The notes under the pieces are model-generated. The model searched no databases. It was not told where the DNA came from and saw only the letters and a program-made list of their open reading frames with translations. A DNA stretch of 64,000 nucleotides from the human T2T-CHM13v2.0 reference genome, Homo sapiens: assembly GCF_009914755.1 (NCBI RefSeq), contig NC_060934.1; one strand, given 5' to 3'. The translations under genes and the position numbers were made by a program. This document shows, piece after piece, positions 32,055-47,647 of this stretch (positions are counted from its first letter, which is position 1; every line of letters begins with the position of its first letter).

Positions 32055-32719
32055 TTATAAGGAGAAAAAAATGCATCAGTCTAACTTCCTTTCTAGAGCT
32101 CAGCTCTTAAAACAATTGTCCTTTCTAAGTCTTGTTTTCTTCTTGTTATATATCCTGGTATTTTATTGTTCTTTACATGATCTGCAAACCATTTGTCTTC
32201 CCCAGTTTAGAACTGGTAACATAATAGGCACTCAATAAATATCTTATTATTGACTGAAGCAACCAACTAACCAAATGACAAGAGGTTCAATCTCCCTAAT
32301 AATGAAACACACTACAAATCCAAACAAGGTGTTGTTTTTAACCTAACAAGGTGGTAAAATTTAAAAAGTGATTAGTGTTTGGAAGAGTGAGAAATCACAT
32401 ATTGTTGCTGGGAATGTAAAACATAAGTGGTGGCTAATTTACAAATAAATTTCAAACGTCCTGAAACCTTTGTGTTCTTTGATGTAGTAGGTCTGCTTAT
32501 CTCACAAAACTGTCATAGATATGTGTAAAAATTTACACTTAGCATAGCACCTTGTAAAATTGTGTAAAAGATGTGTGTTTGACAATGATGGTTTGGTTAA
32601 GTAAGCTGTGGTACATCCATACATAGAATGAAATAATATAGAACTATTAAAAGGGTGCAAAATAAATGATGAAATAAAACACTTTTATTCCATCTATTTT
32701 ATGCCATTTTAAAACCTGA

Positions 32720-33039
<320 letters not shown>

Positions 33040-33747
33040 TTAAAGGTTTTATAATAAACGTTTTATAATTAACATTTAAAAAGTTGGCCAAAATCTAACT
33101 GGCTGGCCAATATGTATGTCTGTGTGTCCACCCACATCAGTGGAGAAGGAGGGCTGGGGAGACAGTGATAGGCACAGATTTCCACCCAGAGGCTGAAAAC
33201 CGCCTCTAGGATGGAGAGTTTCAACACAAGACTCGTAGGCTGTGGGACTCAATTGCCAATTCCTAATATCACACAGGACACTTTGCTTAAGGGTCTGAAC
33301 TTTCTTAAACTCTCTAATCTGGATATCCTTATAACAACCTGGGTATGTATTTCCAGGTCTGATTTCTATTAATGTGGCCATCGTTGTTTTCGAAAATATT
33401 CGTGGCAAGACTTGAGGAAACGTTTGGTTCTTGTTGTGAACCAAGTTATTAGAAACATTTCTGTGCTATTGAAGACACAGATGTGGGAGATTTAGCAAAT
33501 CATTCTGGATCTTGAGGTCAGTCCTTCTCCTACAATGTCCTGTGCACACCCTTGGGTGCTGCCTCCCTTCTGGAACTTTTGTGGGTTTCAGGTAGGACCA
33601 AGTATTTATTTCTACACCTCCCACAGTTTTCATGCTTTTTAGTTTCATTAAAATTTGAGTCTTCCAGCAATTCACTTAGGAAGAGAAGAAAGAAATGGCA
33701 GGGGCTTCATGATATTCAAGATTATGGGCTGTCTTGAGTGATAGGAA

Positions 33748-34048
<301 letters not shown>

Positions 34049-34632
34049 TAAGAAACCCTTTTTGGGAGATCTATGAGTTTTCTGTTATTTGCATAAGCAT
34101 GGAATTATTTTGAACATTAAGGAGCAACCCTAGACAGCCTAGGGGAGGGGCGGGGAGTGGGGGCGGGTAAAACACAAGTTTAAAAACACATTTGTCTTAC
34201 AGGAAAGATTAAAAACATTAGCCAAAACCCAGCACTGACACCTGCCGCTGAGTACATCATTAATGACTTGCTTTGGTGAACATCAAGGTGAACCTGGGGA
34301 GTCTTATAGTATCCTGGTGATCTGTGAAAAGAATTTCCAGGATGACAACTGTATGGATGTGGGGAGGGGAGAAACTGCCATGGGTTTTGTTAAAAGAATC
34401 TAACATTTAACAGATTTTCTGAGCCTAAGTAAAATGTGTTGAAGTACCAGTTTTTACCACACAGCCTCATGTCTTTGCAGTTCTGTGGGGTATAGTATTA
34501 AAGGCTGTTCATTAAACTACTGTGTGGGAGCCCCACTGGAGAACGTCTGATGAAGAAGCAATGGAAACAAGAAGGCTCAGCAGTGTGGGGGGAAATCCAC
34601 AGTCAATTATCCCGAGACACTAAAAGAAGCAG

Positions 34633-34892
34633 TGGGAGGCCAAGGTGGGAGGATCACTTGAGCCCAGGAGTTCAAGACCAGCCTGGGCAACATACTAAGA
34701 CCCCTGTTTTTACAGAAAAATAAAAAAATTAGCCAGGTGTGGTGGCACACGCCTGTAGTCCAAGCTATTCAGGAGGCTGAGGTGGGAGGATCAGCTTGAG
34801 CCTGGAAGGTCAAGGCTGCAGTGAGCCGTGATCGCACCACTGGATTCCAGCCTGGGTGACTGAATGAGGCCTTGTCTCCAAAAAGAAAAAAG
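34633..34892 (+). mobile_element. AluJ SINE, 5'-truncated
   Basis: Starts gggaggccaagg; TSD aaaagaagcagtg. Confidence 0.9.
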
Positions 34893-34950
34893 AAGCAGTG
34901 TTTAGAAAAAAATAGAAGCAGTGTTCATTTGTTCATTCCTCATTGAATAA

Positions 34951-35280
<330 letters not shown>

Positions 35281-36694
35281 ATATTTTACTTCTAATGGCC
35301 AACGATGGCCCATATGAAAGGTAGGAGTTCCAGCTTTGCCTGTGGGCAGATTTTTGCAGCCACATCTGGCTTTGTTTTGCCATATTTTTAACCCCCCTCT
35401 CCTCTGCTACATTTGTTTTCTTTTTATTACATTTCCCGTCTGGATCCTTGCGTCTGCATTTCTAATGTCAACAACTGCTTTTATCACAGATAATAACTTC
35501 CTTTTATAAAAAGGCTGTATCATCCTTACATGCATTTCAAATTAAATTTTTATGAACAAACACAGAAATACAGTATTTGGCAGTAAGCACGATTAAGTAT
35601 ACTTACAGCAATCTAAATCTAAGTTGTGACAGCCAAGACCAAGTTGGTTGCAGTTTTTTTAATAATCTATTTCTTGAGAGTTTTGTTAACTCTCTTCAGA
35701 ACTTAATTAACTTCACATTGGGATGCTTATTTAAGTAAATTATGTGGTATGCCCAAACATGCCATAAAAACAATTATCAAAACACTGGTAATTCTTTAAA
35801 GCACCAGTGTTTTCCCAACCAAGATCGTTAAGTGCTCCAAAATCGGTTGTTTGTCAATAGACAGGCTGGAATCAACTTATGAAAAATGGCTGTAGAATAG
35901 AGGAAAAAAACAACCTCTACAGTTTCCATGGAACACGGCTAAGCAAGTGTTAAGGTTTCTATTGTTTTGGTTCTAGGTTCTGCCACCGACTTTCTGTGGG
36001 TTGTTCAAACCCATCTGATTCCAACAGGAATCAGATATATATAATTCCAACAGGAATCAAATATAATATATAATAATTTATTATATATTATATTTAATCT
36101 AGTGAATAATCCTTTATAGTCATGCAATGCTGCCTGTATCTCACACCAAAAACTCAGCAAACTATAGATAGTTAAAATTGAACACTTAAATGACAAGTTT
36201 CTGATGTTTCTAGTTTTGAGATGTGGTCCAACAAAATGATCATGCAGCAAAAGGGCTTAAGCCATGTCAGCATGGAAACAGAACGGACAGAATCGGTTAC
36301 ACATTTTCATCTCATTGATATAATAATGGGTAAAGTGCGGACTTCCATTTTCAATGGTTTCTTGATGACATGCAGTTCATAGAAAAAAAATGTACGGGTG
36401 CAGGACACCGGCCTGACCCAGTCTCAGGCATCCATCTTATTTGAGACAAAATATAGCCTGGAAGGGCTCCACTGTGGAAATGAGAGCTTACGTTTCAATG
36501 GCTATTAGGCTATTAGGCTAATTCTCAAACCTTTCTGAGTGGGATTAGTGTTTAATTTTAAATCCTCCAAAATAAGTACTGGTTACATCAGCCCCTAATG
36601 AATAATCATTCTTATCTGCCTATCCTACACCTTGGAACTTCTCAGAACATAATGGGTGGAATCTTAATTTCTTTTGTTGATTGTTCTGGGTAAA

Positions 36695-36696
<2 letters not shown>

Positions 36697-36730
<34 letters not shown>

Positions 36731-37023
36731 GAGAGTGTCACTCTGTTGCCCAGGCTGGAGTGAGTGGTATGATCATAGCTCACTGTAACCATGAACTCTT
36801 GGGCTCAGCGATCCTCCCACCTCAGCCTCCTAAGTAGCTGGGACTACAGATGCATGCCACCATGCCTAGCTACTTTTTTATTTTATTTTATTTCATTTTT
36901 TTAGAGATGGGGACATCTCACCATGTTGCCCAGGCTGGTCTTGAACTCCTGGCCTAAAGTGATCCTCCTGCCTCAGCCTCCCAAAGCACTAGAATAACAG
37001 GCATGAGCTACTGCATCTGGTCC
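36697..37023 (-). mobile_element. AluJ SINE
   Basis: Antisense Alu; TSD gtaaatcttt. Confidence 0.92.
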
Positions 37024-38099
37024 TTGTAAATCTTTACTGATGCAGTCTGGTGACTACTTGCAAGATAGTTGCTCTGTGTAGACTTTACCTCTATGCTTCA
37101 AAGAAATGAAGGCTTGGAACAGCGATAGAATTTGGATGGATGTTTACTCTCACAGAGCTCAATCTCTAAAGAGGAAAGATCTCTCTTCTGCTCTATTTTA
37201 CAACATGGATAAGGCACAGTCACATCTGTTAAATTTCTATCATATTCTATAAAATTACCTACTTAAGGAGCAAACAACTTTATTGAATACTTGTTCCACA
37301 GAGTTCTGAGTTGGATGTTGTAAGGAGATAAAAAAATAAAGACACAGCCTCTAACTTCAAGTTATTTATTGCTTAGTGGGAAAAGACAGAATGAGTACAT
37401 GTGAAAATACACAAAAATACTCCTTGTGCATACTCAATTACATATGTAAATGCTGTGGGTGCTAGGTTGAAAAATTTAAGTCAATCAAGTGGCTCATAAT
37501 AGGAATTTAGTTGAAGGAAAGCATGTAGCATGAGAAGTAAGACAAAATACTACAAGGATGATACTGAATGAAGTCTAGAAGTTCAGGTATTGACCCAGGA
37601 ATAAATCCTTTGTTTAATCAAAGGTTTGTTCTGATGATTGGAGTTACTGATTGAACTTTATATGATATCCTATAAGAAGCTCCAAGTGTGGTAGAGAAAG
37701 TAAGAGTGTTTCCCAGTTTCCAGGTGCCTGGTTCTTGAGTGACTGTAAAATCTCACACTGGGATGAATCCATCTGAGCTTGGCACTTCTTTAGTACTGGG
37801 GAGTCACAGGGAGCATTGAATCTCAAGTGTCAGGGTGGGTTTGGGAATGACAAAAGAATTTCCAAAAAGATGCCAGAATATTGAGCTGTTGGCCTGGCTT
37901 AGGCTGATGTCACTCTCTAAGCTTGGAATCCAATAGTCTTGGAAAGGCAAAGTGAGAGACAAAATACACTGATGCTGCTGGACAGAAAGGGATGGGAGGG
38001 TTCAGGTCTCACTCCCACAGCAGGTCCTGATGGTTATCACTGGACAATTTGTGTAAATGACATATTAGGATTTATGTGAACACTATTAAATATTATTTT

Positions 38100-38173
38100 T
38101 CTCCTTCCTTCCTCCCTCTTTCTTTTTCCTTCTGTCTTCCCTCCTTCCTTTTTTTCTTTCTTTTCTTTCTTTC

Positions 38174-38205
<32 letters not shown>

Positions 38206-38487
38206 TTTCTCTCTTTCTTTCTTTTTCTTTCTTTCTCTTTCCCCTCTCCTTCCTTCCTTCTTTCCTTCCTTCCTCTCTTTTTCTTTCTTTTCTCTCCTTC
38301 CTTCTTTCCTTCTTTTGTTTTCTTTCTTTCTTTTTCTTCCTTCCTTTTTTCTTTCCCTTTCTCTCTCCCATTCCTTCCTTCCTTTTTTCTTTCCCTTTCT
38401 CTCTCCCATTCCTTCCTTCCTTCCCTCCTTCTCTCTCTTTTTCTTTCATGCTTTCTTTTCTTTCTTTCTCTTTCTCTCTTTCTTTTT
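38100..38487. repeat. About 390-bp polypyrimidine (CTTT/CCTT) tract
   Basis: Almost pure C/T; lies between an Alu body and its TSD. Confidence 0.95.
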
Positions 38488-38875
38488 GAGACAGGGTGCC
38501 ACCCTGTCAACCAGGCAGGAGTGCCATGGTTTACATATTTATTTTCCAAAATGATGCTGGAATATTGAGCTATTGGCCTGGCTTAGGCTGATGTCACTCT
38601 CTAGGCTTGGAATCCAATAGTCTTGCAAAGGCAAAGTGAGAGAGCTCACTGCAGTCTTGAACTCCTGGACTCAAGTGATCTTCCTGCCTCAGCCGCAGTA
38701 GCTGGGACTACAGGCATGTGCCACCAAACCTGGCTAATTTTTAAAAAAATTTTTATGTAAAGACAGGGTCTTTCTATGTTTCCCAAACTGATCTTGAACT
38801 CCTGGCCTCAAGTGATACCCCTGCCTTGGGCTCCCAAAGTGCTGGGATTACAGGTATGAGCCACTGCATCCGGCC
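38480..38875 (-). mobile_element. AluJ SINE carrying a non-Alu insertion (38531-38642)
   Basis: Alu breaks at gagtgccatggt and resumes at agctcactgcag; TSD taaat(a/g)ttattttt. Confidence 0.9.
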
Positions 38876-39307
38876 TAAATGTTATTTTTTACACTCTTTG
38901 CAATGAGGAAGGAATTCAAACTGTGTTGAGAGCCATGCAAATGTACAATATGTTTTATTAATTTTAAATCTTCTGCCTTCAAAGAAATAATAATCCCTGT
39001 GGGTGCATAAAACACACTAATGTGAAAATAAATATTGAAGCTGCAGAGTGATTCACTGGGTGAGTATTCAATTAAAGCAGGTAGCTGATGGGGTGACATG
39101 AGGTTAGACCTGGCACCAAATGCCTTTGTTTTCTCTCTATCACTGGTCATGTGTTCAATTATCCGCGTCTAACTCCTCTCGGCGTTAGCTCCCGTAACTG
39201 TTGCAAGGATCAAAGGAGATGATTTATTCCATTTCTATAAATGGTTTTGTTGAAACTCAGGTGCGCTAGAGAGTTTGCACACTGCTGGAGTTAGAAAGAT
39301 GAATACA

Positions 39308-39946
<639 letters not shown>

Positions 39947-40344
39947 TCAGGAGGACACGATGGAGTCTGTCTAGAGGAGACAGTGTGTGTTAGGACACTT
40001 TACATGACCAGATATGAAATGCTGTTAATATGGGAAGCTGTTAATGTGGGTTGCTTTTATCAGATTATTTTATAATAGAAATGATTTTTCTTCATCACGG
40101 AGAAGATGGCACATTTCCAGCTGAGATAATGCCTATCTTCTGATGGGTATTTATGAGGAATGCATGGAAATGTGTCATGGGTAACCTCACATTCTGCTAC
40201 TTTAGGTCAAAATCTGACACTAGCTATGTTTAACCCATGAGCTACTCTCTTAAGAGAGTTCGGGGAATCTATTCTTCTTAGTTAAGTGTGGCACAGCAAC
40301 TGAGTCTCATGCAGTGTGCCTGTCGTTGTGTCTAGAGCTACTAT

Positions 40345-40620
40345 AAAGAAGAATACGAAATTGCAGTTAGACAGGAAGAATAAGTTTTGGAGTTCTGTTA
40401 CAGGGTAGGGTGACTATAGCAAATAACAATGTAGTGTACACAGTATTTCAAGACAGAAGATTTTGAATGTTGTCACCACAAAGAAATGATAAATGTTTAA
40501 AGTGATGGATATGGTAATTACCCTGATTTGATCATTATGCTATGTATACCTGCATGTAAACACCACACTGTACCCTATAAATATGTACAATGATTATGTG
40601 TCAATTATAAATAAAAAAAT
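40345..40620 (+). mobile_element. L1MA 3' end
   Basis: caccacaaagaaatgataaatgtt, taattaccctgatttgatcatt, ataaatatgtacaat, A tail. Confidence 0.88.
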
Positions 40621-40729
40621 ATCAGCCCTTGGATAAAACAAAAACAAAAAAGAAGAAGGATACAGAGGTTGCTTTTTGAATTAGAATGTCTGAAACAAGA
40701 TCTGGGTGGTAGGAAGAAACCAAAAGTTG

Positions 40730-41090
<361 letters not shown>

Positions 41091-42253
41091 TAAATAGTGG
41101 CCCATGATATTGCATATGTTCTTTGACCTATCATTCAACAAGAAGGTTTATGAATTTAGAACTGGTAGTCAACTGTGGACTTGTTGATTGCCTTTGTTTT
41201 CACAGCTATCCTATGCACTCACTTGAGAGCATTTTCTGTGATGAATTCAAGCACTAGCCCATTAGTGAGCATTTACCTTAATGTTCTAGAGTCCTCGTTA
41301 GTAGAATACAGAGTTAAGGGCTATTTCAGATTTCAGTAAAGATCCGGACAGTGTCCCTTATTCTTTGTGGGGATAATTAAGAAGCTGTTGCTAGTGTCTG
41401 ATGAGAAGTGAAGTTGCTGTTTCTGGCAGAGGGGCAATGAGGATCAAAACACATATTTGGAATTTTATGTTGTTCCTGAGCTCCCCTGCTGGGCCAGGAT
41501 GTGGGTTAAATTTGCTCTCCTGTATTAATAAAAAAAAAAAAAAAAAAAAAAAGACACAAGGGAGGCCAGGTAGTGGAGAGCAGAGAAAATAAAAGGCAGG
41601 GAGATGAAGTCAAATTTCCTCTGATCTCTCTTGGAGCTGCTGTCGACTCATCAGCCTCAGTTAATTATAGAGGCAGAAACTGAGCCACTGCCAAAATAAA
41701 CGGTGCTGGGCACATACGTAGCCTCTTGATAAGGGCTGCATTTATCTGTGAGAAGAGCGTCTCAGATAAATGTGGAATGACTTACTGCCGGAACTTGGGA
41801 CCTTTGTAACCACGTCTACTAAATCTAGAGCTTGTTTATCAGCCAGTCTGCAGCTCCTTGTCCCTGCAAACATTTTTATTGGTACACATTCTGTTTCTCT
41901 TCCTGAAGGAATGGGAAAGCTGGCCTCCTGCGCCCTAGAATGAAAGTATCTTAAATATTAATATCTGGGTTTAGATGGAGTGGTACTGCCTTTAAAGTTC
42001 GTGGAAAGCTTTGGAACCATGACTCCGCTGCATAAAATTACTTCTCCCATTCTCTAGATGGGGAATTTTGACTTGAAGTTTAAGAGAGAGGTCAAGTGAA
42101 GAGAGTTCACAATTATTGTTGATAACAGTTGGGATGTGATCTTGTCTGTTTTACTGAAATTCAACACAAGACTTTCTGAGCCGTTTCTCTGCTATGCACC
42201 CCGCCAAGTGTGGGATTTCAAAGAGTGCCCTTGGACCTTCGGGGAGCTCAGTC

Positions 42254-42540
42254 TTTTTTTTTTCCTTTGAGGCAGAGTCTTGCTCTGTTGCCCAGGCTGG
42301 AGTGCAGTGGTACAATCAAAGCCCACTGCAGCCTTGAACTCCTGTCCTGGGCTCAACTGATCCTCCTTGAGTACTCAGCCTCCCGAGTAGCTAGGACTAC
42401 AGGCACACGCCAACACACTCAGCTAATTTTAAAATTATTTTTGTAGAGATAGGGTCTTGCTATATTGCCAGGGGCCTCAAGCGATCCTCCTGCCTTGGCC
42501 TCCAAAGAACTGGGATTATAGGTGTCAGCCACCCGACCAG
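42254..42540 (-). mobile_element. AluJ SINE
   Basis: Antisense Alu; TSD ggagctcagtctt. Confidence 0.9.
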
Positions 42541-43772
42541 GAGCTCAGTCTTGAGGTGAGATAGGCAAGACAGATACATAGATCCCTAGTCCAGAAACAC
42601 ATTTGGAAATGTGTTCCCACCCTGCCAAAATCAATATTCAATACGTTTTCCATATCATGTATGATGCATGCATGGAGGAGTTCTTTTTTTGCTAATGATT
42701 AATGGATTAAGAAATATCATTTTCAGATCAATTTTTAAATACATTCTTACAGATCCATTGAGATTATTTTTATTCCATAAAATCAGTTTTAAAGTTACAA
42801 TCTTTTATTCAAAATTTGGAAAGCATCAACTTCTCTGGTGTCCTCAGTCGTACGCCTGTGTGCTTTTTGCCTTAATAATTAAATAACTTTTCATCGCCTG
42901 AAAGCTCCAAGCTGGTTGACTGCGGATAGTTAAGTGTTTATCTTTTGTTGCTTCTGGGTAGCACATCTTACTGCTCCTGCGTGCTTTTGAGTGGTAGAAA
43001 AAAGTCAGTGTTAGCATCAAACATTAACCCTGTGACCTGCTTGTTTATATGCCTACTGTAACATGGCTTTGCTTGAATTTCTGAGGTTAGTCAAAGCAAA
43101 TATCTGTACAATCTTGAGACGACTGCACATAAACTAAAACATCTTTTGTCAAGATTGCCAGTAATACATTCCTTCAGACCAAAGCCTTAAGGAAAACTAG
43201 CTACTGATATTAATGGAGGGAATTTCTTAAAAGCTTAAGAGGAATTATAGGACTTTAGTACCACCTCCCATTTACCACTTTATCCTGAAAGATGTGGGGT
43301 GGAGGTCCTCCCGCTGGCTCAACTCAAGTGCCTTGTAGGGTTGTTGCTACAAGGAGGCACTGTTGTGTGAAAACTAACTGTGCTTTGTGTTTGTTAAACT
43401 TAAATATTCTAAAATAAGCATTCGTTTTGTTTGTCCATCAGGCAAAGTATGGGGCAGCATGAAACAGAAATATCTGGTTTCAAATAAATTGTATATGCTA
43501 AATTTTCACTGTGTATGTGAATCTAATTATAAGACAAAGCTATATAAGACATTCAGCAAGCTGTTTTCTAGGGATGACATTAGGTAAAACCTTAGAAATC
43601 ACACTGATTTTTTTCCCATTCTAAAAAAAAAAAAAGCATTTTGGCTCGGTAGCATAATACCCATCTTTCCAGGATGAATCATTTCTATTTTAGAGGTGGA
43701 GAGAAATCTGATCCACATTAAAAGAAAGGCCAGTCACTAACTACTCCAGAAATCATATAAATAGATTGTTAT

Positions 43773-44058
43773 GGGCCAGGCGCAGTGGCTCATGCCTGTA
43801 ATCTGCACTTTGGGAGGCCTAGGTGAGAGGATTGCTTTAACCCAAGACTATGAGACCAGCCTAGGCAACATAGAACTTGTCTCTACAATAAATAAATCAA
43901 TTAGCCATGCAAGGTAGTGTGTGCCTGTGATTCCAGATACTCAGGAGGCTAAGGCGGGAGGATTGCTTGAGTCAGGGAGGTTGAGTCTGCTGTGAGCTGT
44001 GATTGTGCCACTGCATGCCAGCCTGGGTGGCAAAGTGAGATCCTGTCTATAAATAAAT
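43773..44058 (+). mobile_element. AluJ SINE
   Basis: Dimeric Alu; TSD ataaatag(a/t)ttgtt. Confidence 0.88.
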
Positions 44059-44743
44059 AGTTTGTTGTTAACGGTTGGCTTCAGTATTTGGAAAGAAAAG
44101 TTTAAAAAAATTTAATAAATGTTGTGCCCTCCATATCAATTGTTAATGACAACACTCTGTGCCATATTGTAGAAGATAAAATCATTCATTCTAGGTCTGA
44201 AGCTCTGTCAATAAAAGCAAATTCACATTCTCCACAGTGGGCAACAGTGGGGTACTTTCTATTTTTGGAGGCATGGCTGAACTCAAGAACCCCTGTTGTA
44301 ATCCCCAGAGTCCCTTTTTCCCTAGGGATTTGTCCCTAGTTGTTCACAATGTTTCCATGCCAAGCAACAGAAGGGATTTCCTTAGAGATCTTCATACTGA
44401 AACAAACCATAGACAAATTCCTATTATTGAGTCATGGCTTTGGTTTACTCATCAGATCTCCAGCACAGGACCCTGAAGTCTCTATCTTGTGCCTATCACT
44501 TTGTGGGTTTTGTTTCTCTAGCGTGCTAGAGAAAGCGTTTTTGATTCAAATCAGCATAAACTGCTGCTAGGAAAGAAAGCGTCCCTTCTTTATTTGCAGT
44601 TTGGTAGCCAGGGTGCTTGCTGATTTAGCCTCATGCAGAATATATAATCCCTTCCTTTGTTCTTAATACATTTGCTGTGCCTCAATAATGAAAATTTCTA
44701 CTTTATATTTATAGTAATCTGTTTATTTGCCCTCTTCCCCTAC

Positions 44744-44890
44744 TATATATATATATGTGTATATATATATGTGTATATATATGTGTATATATATATGTGT
44801 ATATATATATGTGTGTGTATATATATGTGTGTATATATATGTATATATATGTGTGTATATATATATGTGTGTATATATATATATATATAT
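44744..44890. repeat. Compound (TA)n(TG)n microsatellite
   Basis: About 145 bp of alternating purine-pyrimidine. Confidence 0.97.
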
Positions 44891-45185
44891 TTTTTTTTTT
44901 TTTAGACAAGAGTCTCTCTCTGTTGCCTAGGCTGGAGTGCAGTGGTGAGATCTCAGTTCACTGCAACCTCCACCTCCTGGATTCAAACAATTCTCCTGCT
45001 TCAGCCTCCTGAGTAGCTGGGATTACAGGTACCCGCCACCACACCTGGCTAATTTTTGTATTTTTAGTAGAGACGGGGTTTCACCGTGTTGGCGAGGCTG
45101 GTCTCGAACTCCTGACCTCAAGTGATCTGCCCTCCTCAGCCTTCCAAAGTGCTGGGTTTACAGGCCTGAGCCACTGTGCCTGGCC
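44890..45185 (-). mobile_element. AluS SINE
   Basis: Antisense Alu; ctactatat on both outer flanks. Confidence 0.93.
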
Positions 45186-47058
45186 TCCCTCTACTATATT
45201 CTAGCATCTTCAGGATGACATAATTTCTCATTCCATTTAAAATCTTCCATAGTATAACCACAATACTTTACACACAGTAGGCTCTTGAAAAATTCTGTTG
45301 AATCAAAAAATGGATTAAAAATGATTGCTTCATACTAGTAGACTTTCTTCCTTATTAGTAATTTTAAAAGACGGTCACCCTGTTTTGATGCCTTATCACA
45401 TTGGAAAGGGTGCATTAACAGAAAGAGGCCCCTATTCCTCAGTGGCTGGGGTTCAGAGAGTCCAGATGCTTCTTCTCCATTCTGATTAGGTCATATTTTA
45501 TTCTGAACATAACCCACTTTGAACTGACATTCAAAAGCCCCTTCTCTCTTCCATTTCTGCCCTTTTTCTCCTTGCCCATCTATCCTTCCTTCATATTGCT
45601 GCAGCTTCTTGTGGTTGAGACCTGTTCTTGTCTCTATCGATAGATTCTTGCAGTCTTCAAATTGGAGCCTAAAAAAAAAAAGACTGCACTTTTTTTTGTT
45701 GTCGTTATTGCCATGGTAATCTGCAACACAACAGCTTCTGTATTATCGTGCTCAATGACTCTATCTCTACCAAGAAGAGGATGAAAGGAATTCAATATAA
45801 ATATAATCAATAATAAACATAATAATAAAGTAAATTATATAGACTGTCAGAAGATAATAAATGCCATGCTGTCCAAAATGAAAGAAATAACAAAGAAAAG
45901 GAAGAGTGTAGGGCAGGATAAAGGAATAGTGTGTTTGAGGAAGGAGCTAAAGTTGTGAGTTTAAATAGGATGATGAGAACTGGCTTATGACAATATGAGA
46001 TCATGAGATTTGAATAAAGTCTTAGACAGGGAGAGGAAGTGAGCCGTGTGGATCTTTGACGGCATGATGTTCAGGCTGAGGAAAGGAAGGAGCCTGGAGG
46101 TTGACTGAGGAGCAGAAGGGAATTGCTGTGCTGGAGCTGGGATGGTAGGAGCTGAGACTAGGGAGGTCACAGAAGCCTGAATCACATGGAATAGATGATA
46201 AGGGGCAAGGTATAGGAGCAGGGGGGCCTTTCAGGAGGCCAGAGCAGTCCTCCAGATGGTATTGGGATCAGAACAAGAGCAGTAAAGGCAGCCTCCAGGA
46301 GGCTAGAGCAGTCCTCCAGATGGTATTGGGATCAGAATAAGAGCAGCAAAGGCAGTGAGAAGTTGTCAGAATCTGGATGTGTTTTGAAGAAAGAGACAAG
46401 GGATATTCTTGATGAATTGGATGTAGGATAGGGGAGAAAGAGAGGAGTCAAGGATGAATCCAAGAAGTGTTCTGTTTTAGGCCACAAGGACGAAATTGTC
46501 ATCAACTAACTAACATGGGGAAGGTTGTGGGTACAGTGGGATAGGTAGGGAAAATCAGTTTAGTAGTGGACGTGTGAGTTAGAGAAGTATTTTAGATATT
46601 CAAGTGAAAATGATGAGTACGCTATTGGATATGCAGGTTTGGAGTTCAGGACAGAGGACTGGACTGGAGATATTCATTTGGGAGTTATCAGTGTGTGGGT
46701 AGTATTTAAAGCCATGGAACCACATGAGATCTCCAACGGAGTAAGTAGAGACAGAGATGAAAACAACAGCAACGACTGAGCCCCAGAGTAATTAGAAGTT
46801 AAAAGGGGCTAAGGACTGCAATGAATGTGCATGACAAGATCCATGTATTGCCATCAAAGTGAGTGACTGTTTCTAGGAGGGTAGAGGTCAAGATGCCTGA
46901 AGGAGGAGAGAAGTTTAATGACCTATGATGGTGGAGTTTTGGAAAGATTATCTATGCATTGAACATGCTCAGAAAAGAGAGGAGAAGTATTGGGGAGGAT
47001 GCCAATGGGCTGAGAACTGATGTTGTTGAAAAAGGTGGTGAACAATGTTGGGCAGGGG

Positions 47059-47647
47059 TATTACAGGACCAACATGTTTGTATGCCTGTTGTGCAGAAAC
47101 AGACCAATACACCAAGACAGCAGGCTTTGCAGCAGAGAGAGGGTTTGATGACAGCAGGGAGGCCGAGTGAGCAGATGGGAGAAGATCCTCAAATCCATCT
47201 CCCCGAAGAGTTCTAGGCTGAGGTTTTCAAGGGGATTATGGGGGGTGAGGGGCTGAAAAACTATAGTCATTGATTGGTTGGGGAAAGGGGGATGAAATCA
47301 TCAGGATGTAGAAACTGCATTCTTCAGTGAGTCAGCTTCTCGTGGGGTCCTTCAGACCAGCTGGCGTCAGTAGTTTCATCAGTATGCATGACCTACAAGA
47401 ATATCTCAAATGGAAAGCAACATTTCACAATGTTCAGTTGTTATCTGTGGAGCAGTGAAGGGGGACTCTAATCTTGTGACAGGGTCTGTGTGATTCTGGA
47501 GCAATAGGTAGCAAAACACTATGAGGAAGGATCAGAGAACAGCTGACCCCATGACTAACACTGAGTATGTGCAAGCTTGGCTTATTTTTGTTTCTCTCCC
47601 TCCCTTCTCTTCTGATTAATTGTATAAAGTTTCTAGGGACAGTTTCA
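47059..47647 (-). mobile_element. ERV1 solo LTR, LTR26-like
   Basis: Sense start tgaaactgtccctagaaactttatacaattaatcag; 4-bp TSD GGGG. Confidence 0.75.

Noticed and set aside
35779-35813. 11-bp inverted repeat aaaacactggt/accagtgtttt
   Set aside because: Short stem with no other support; could be chance.
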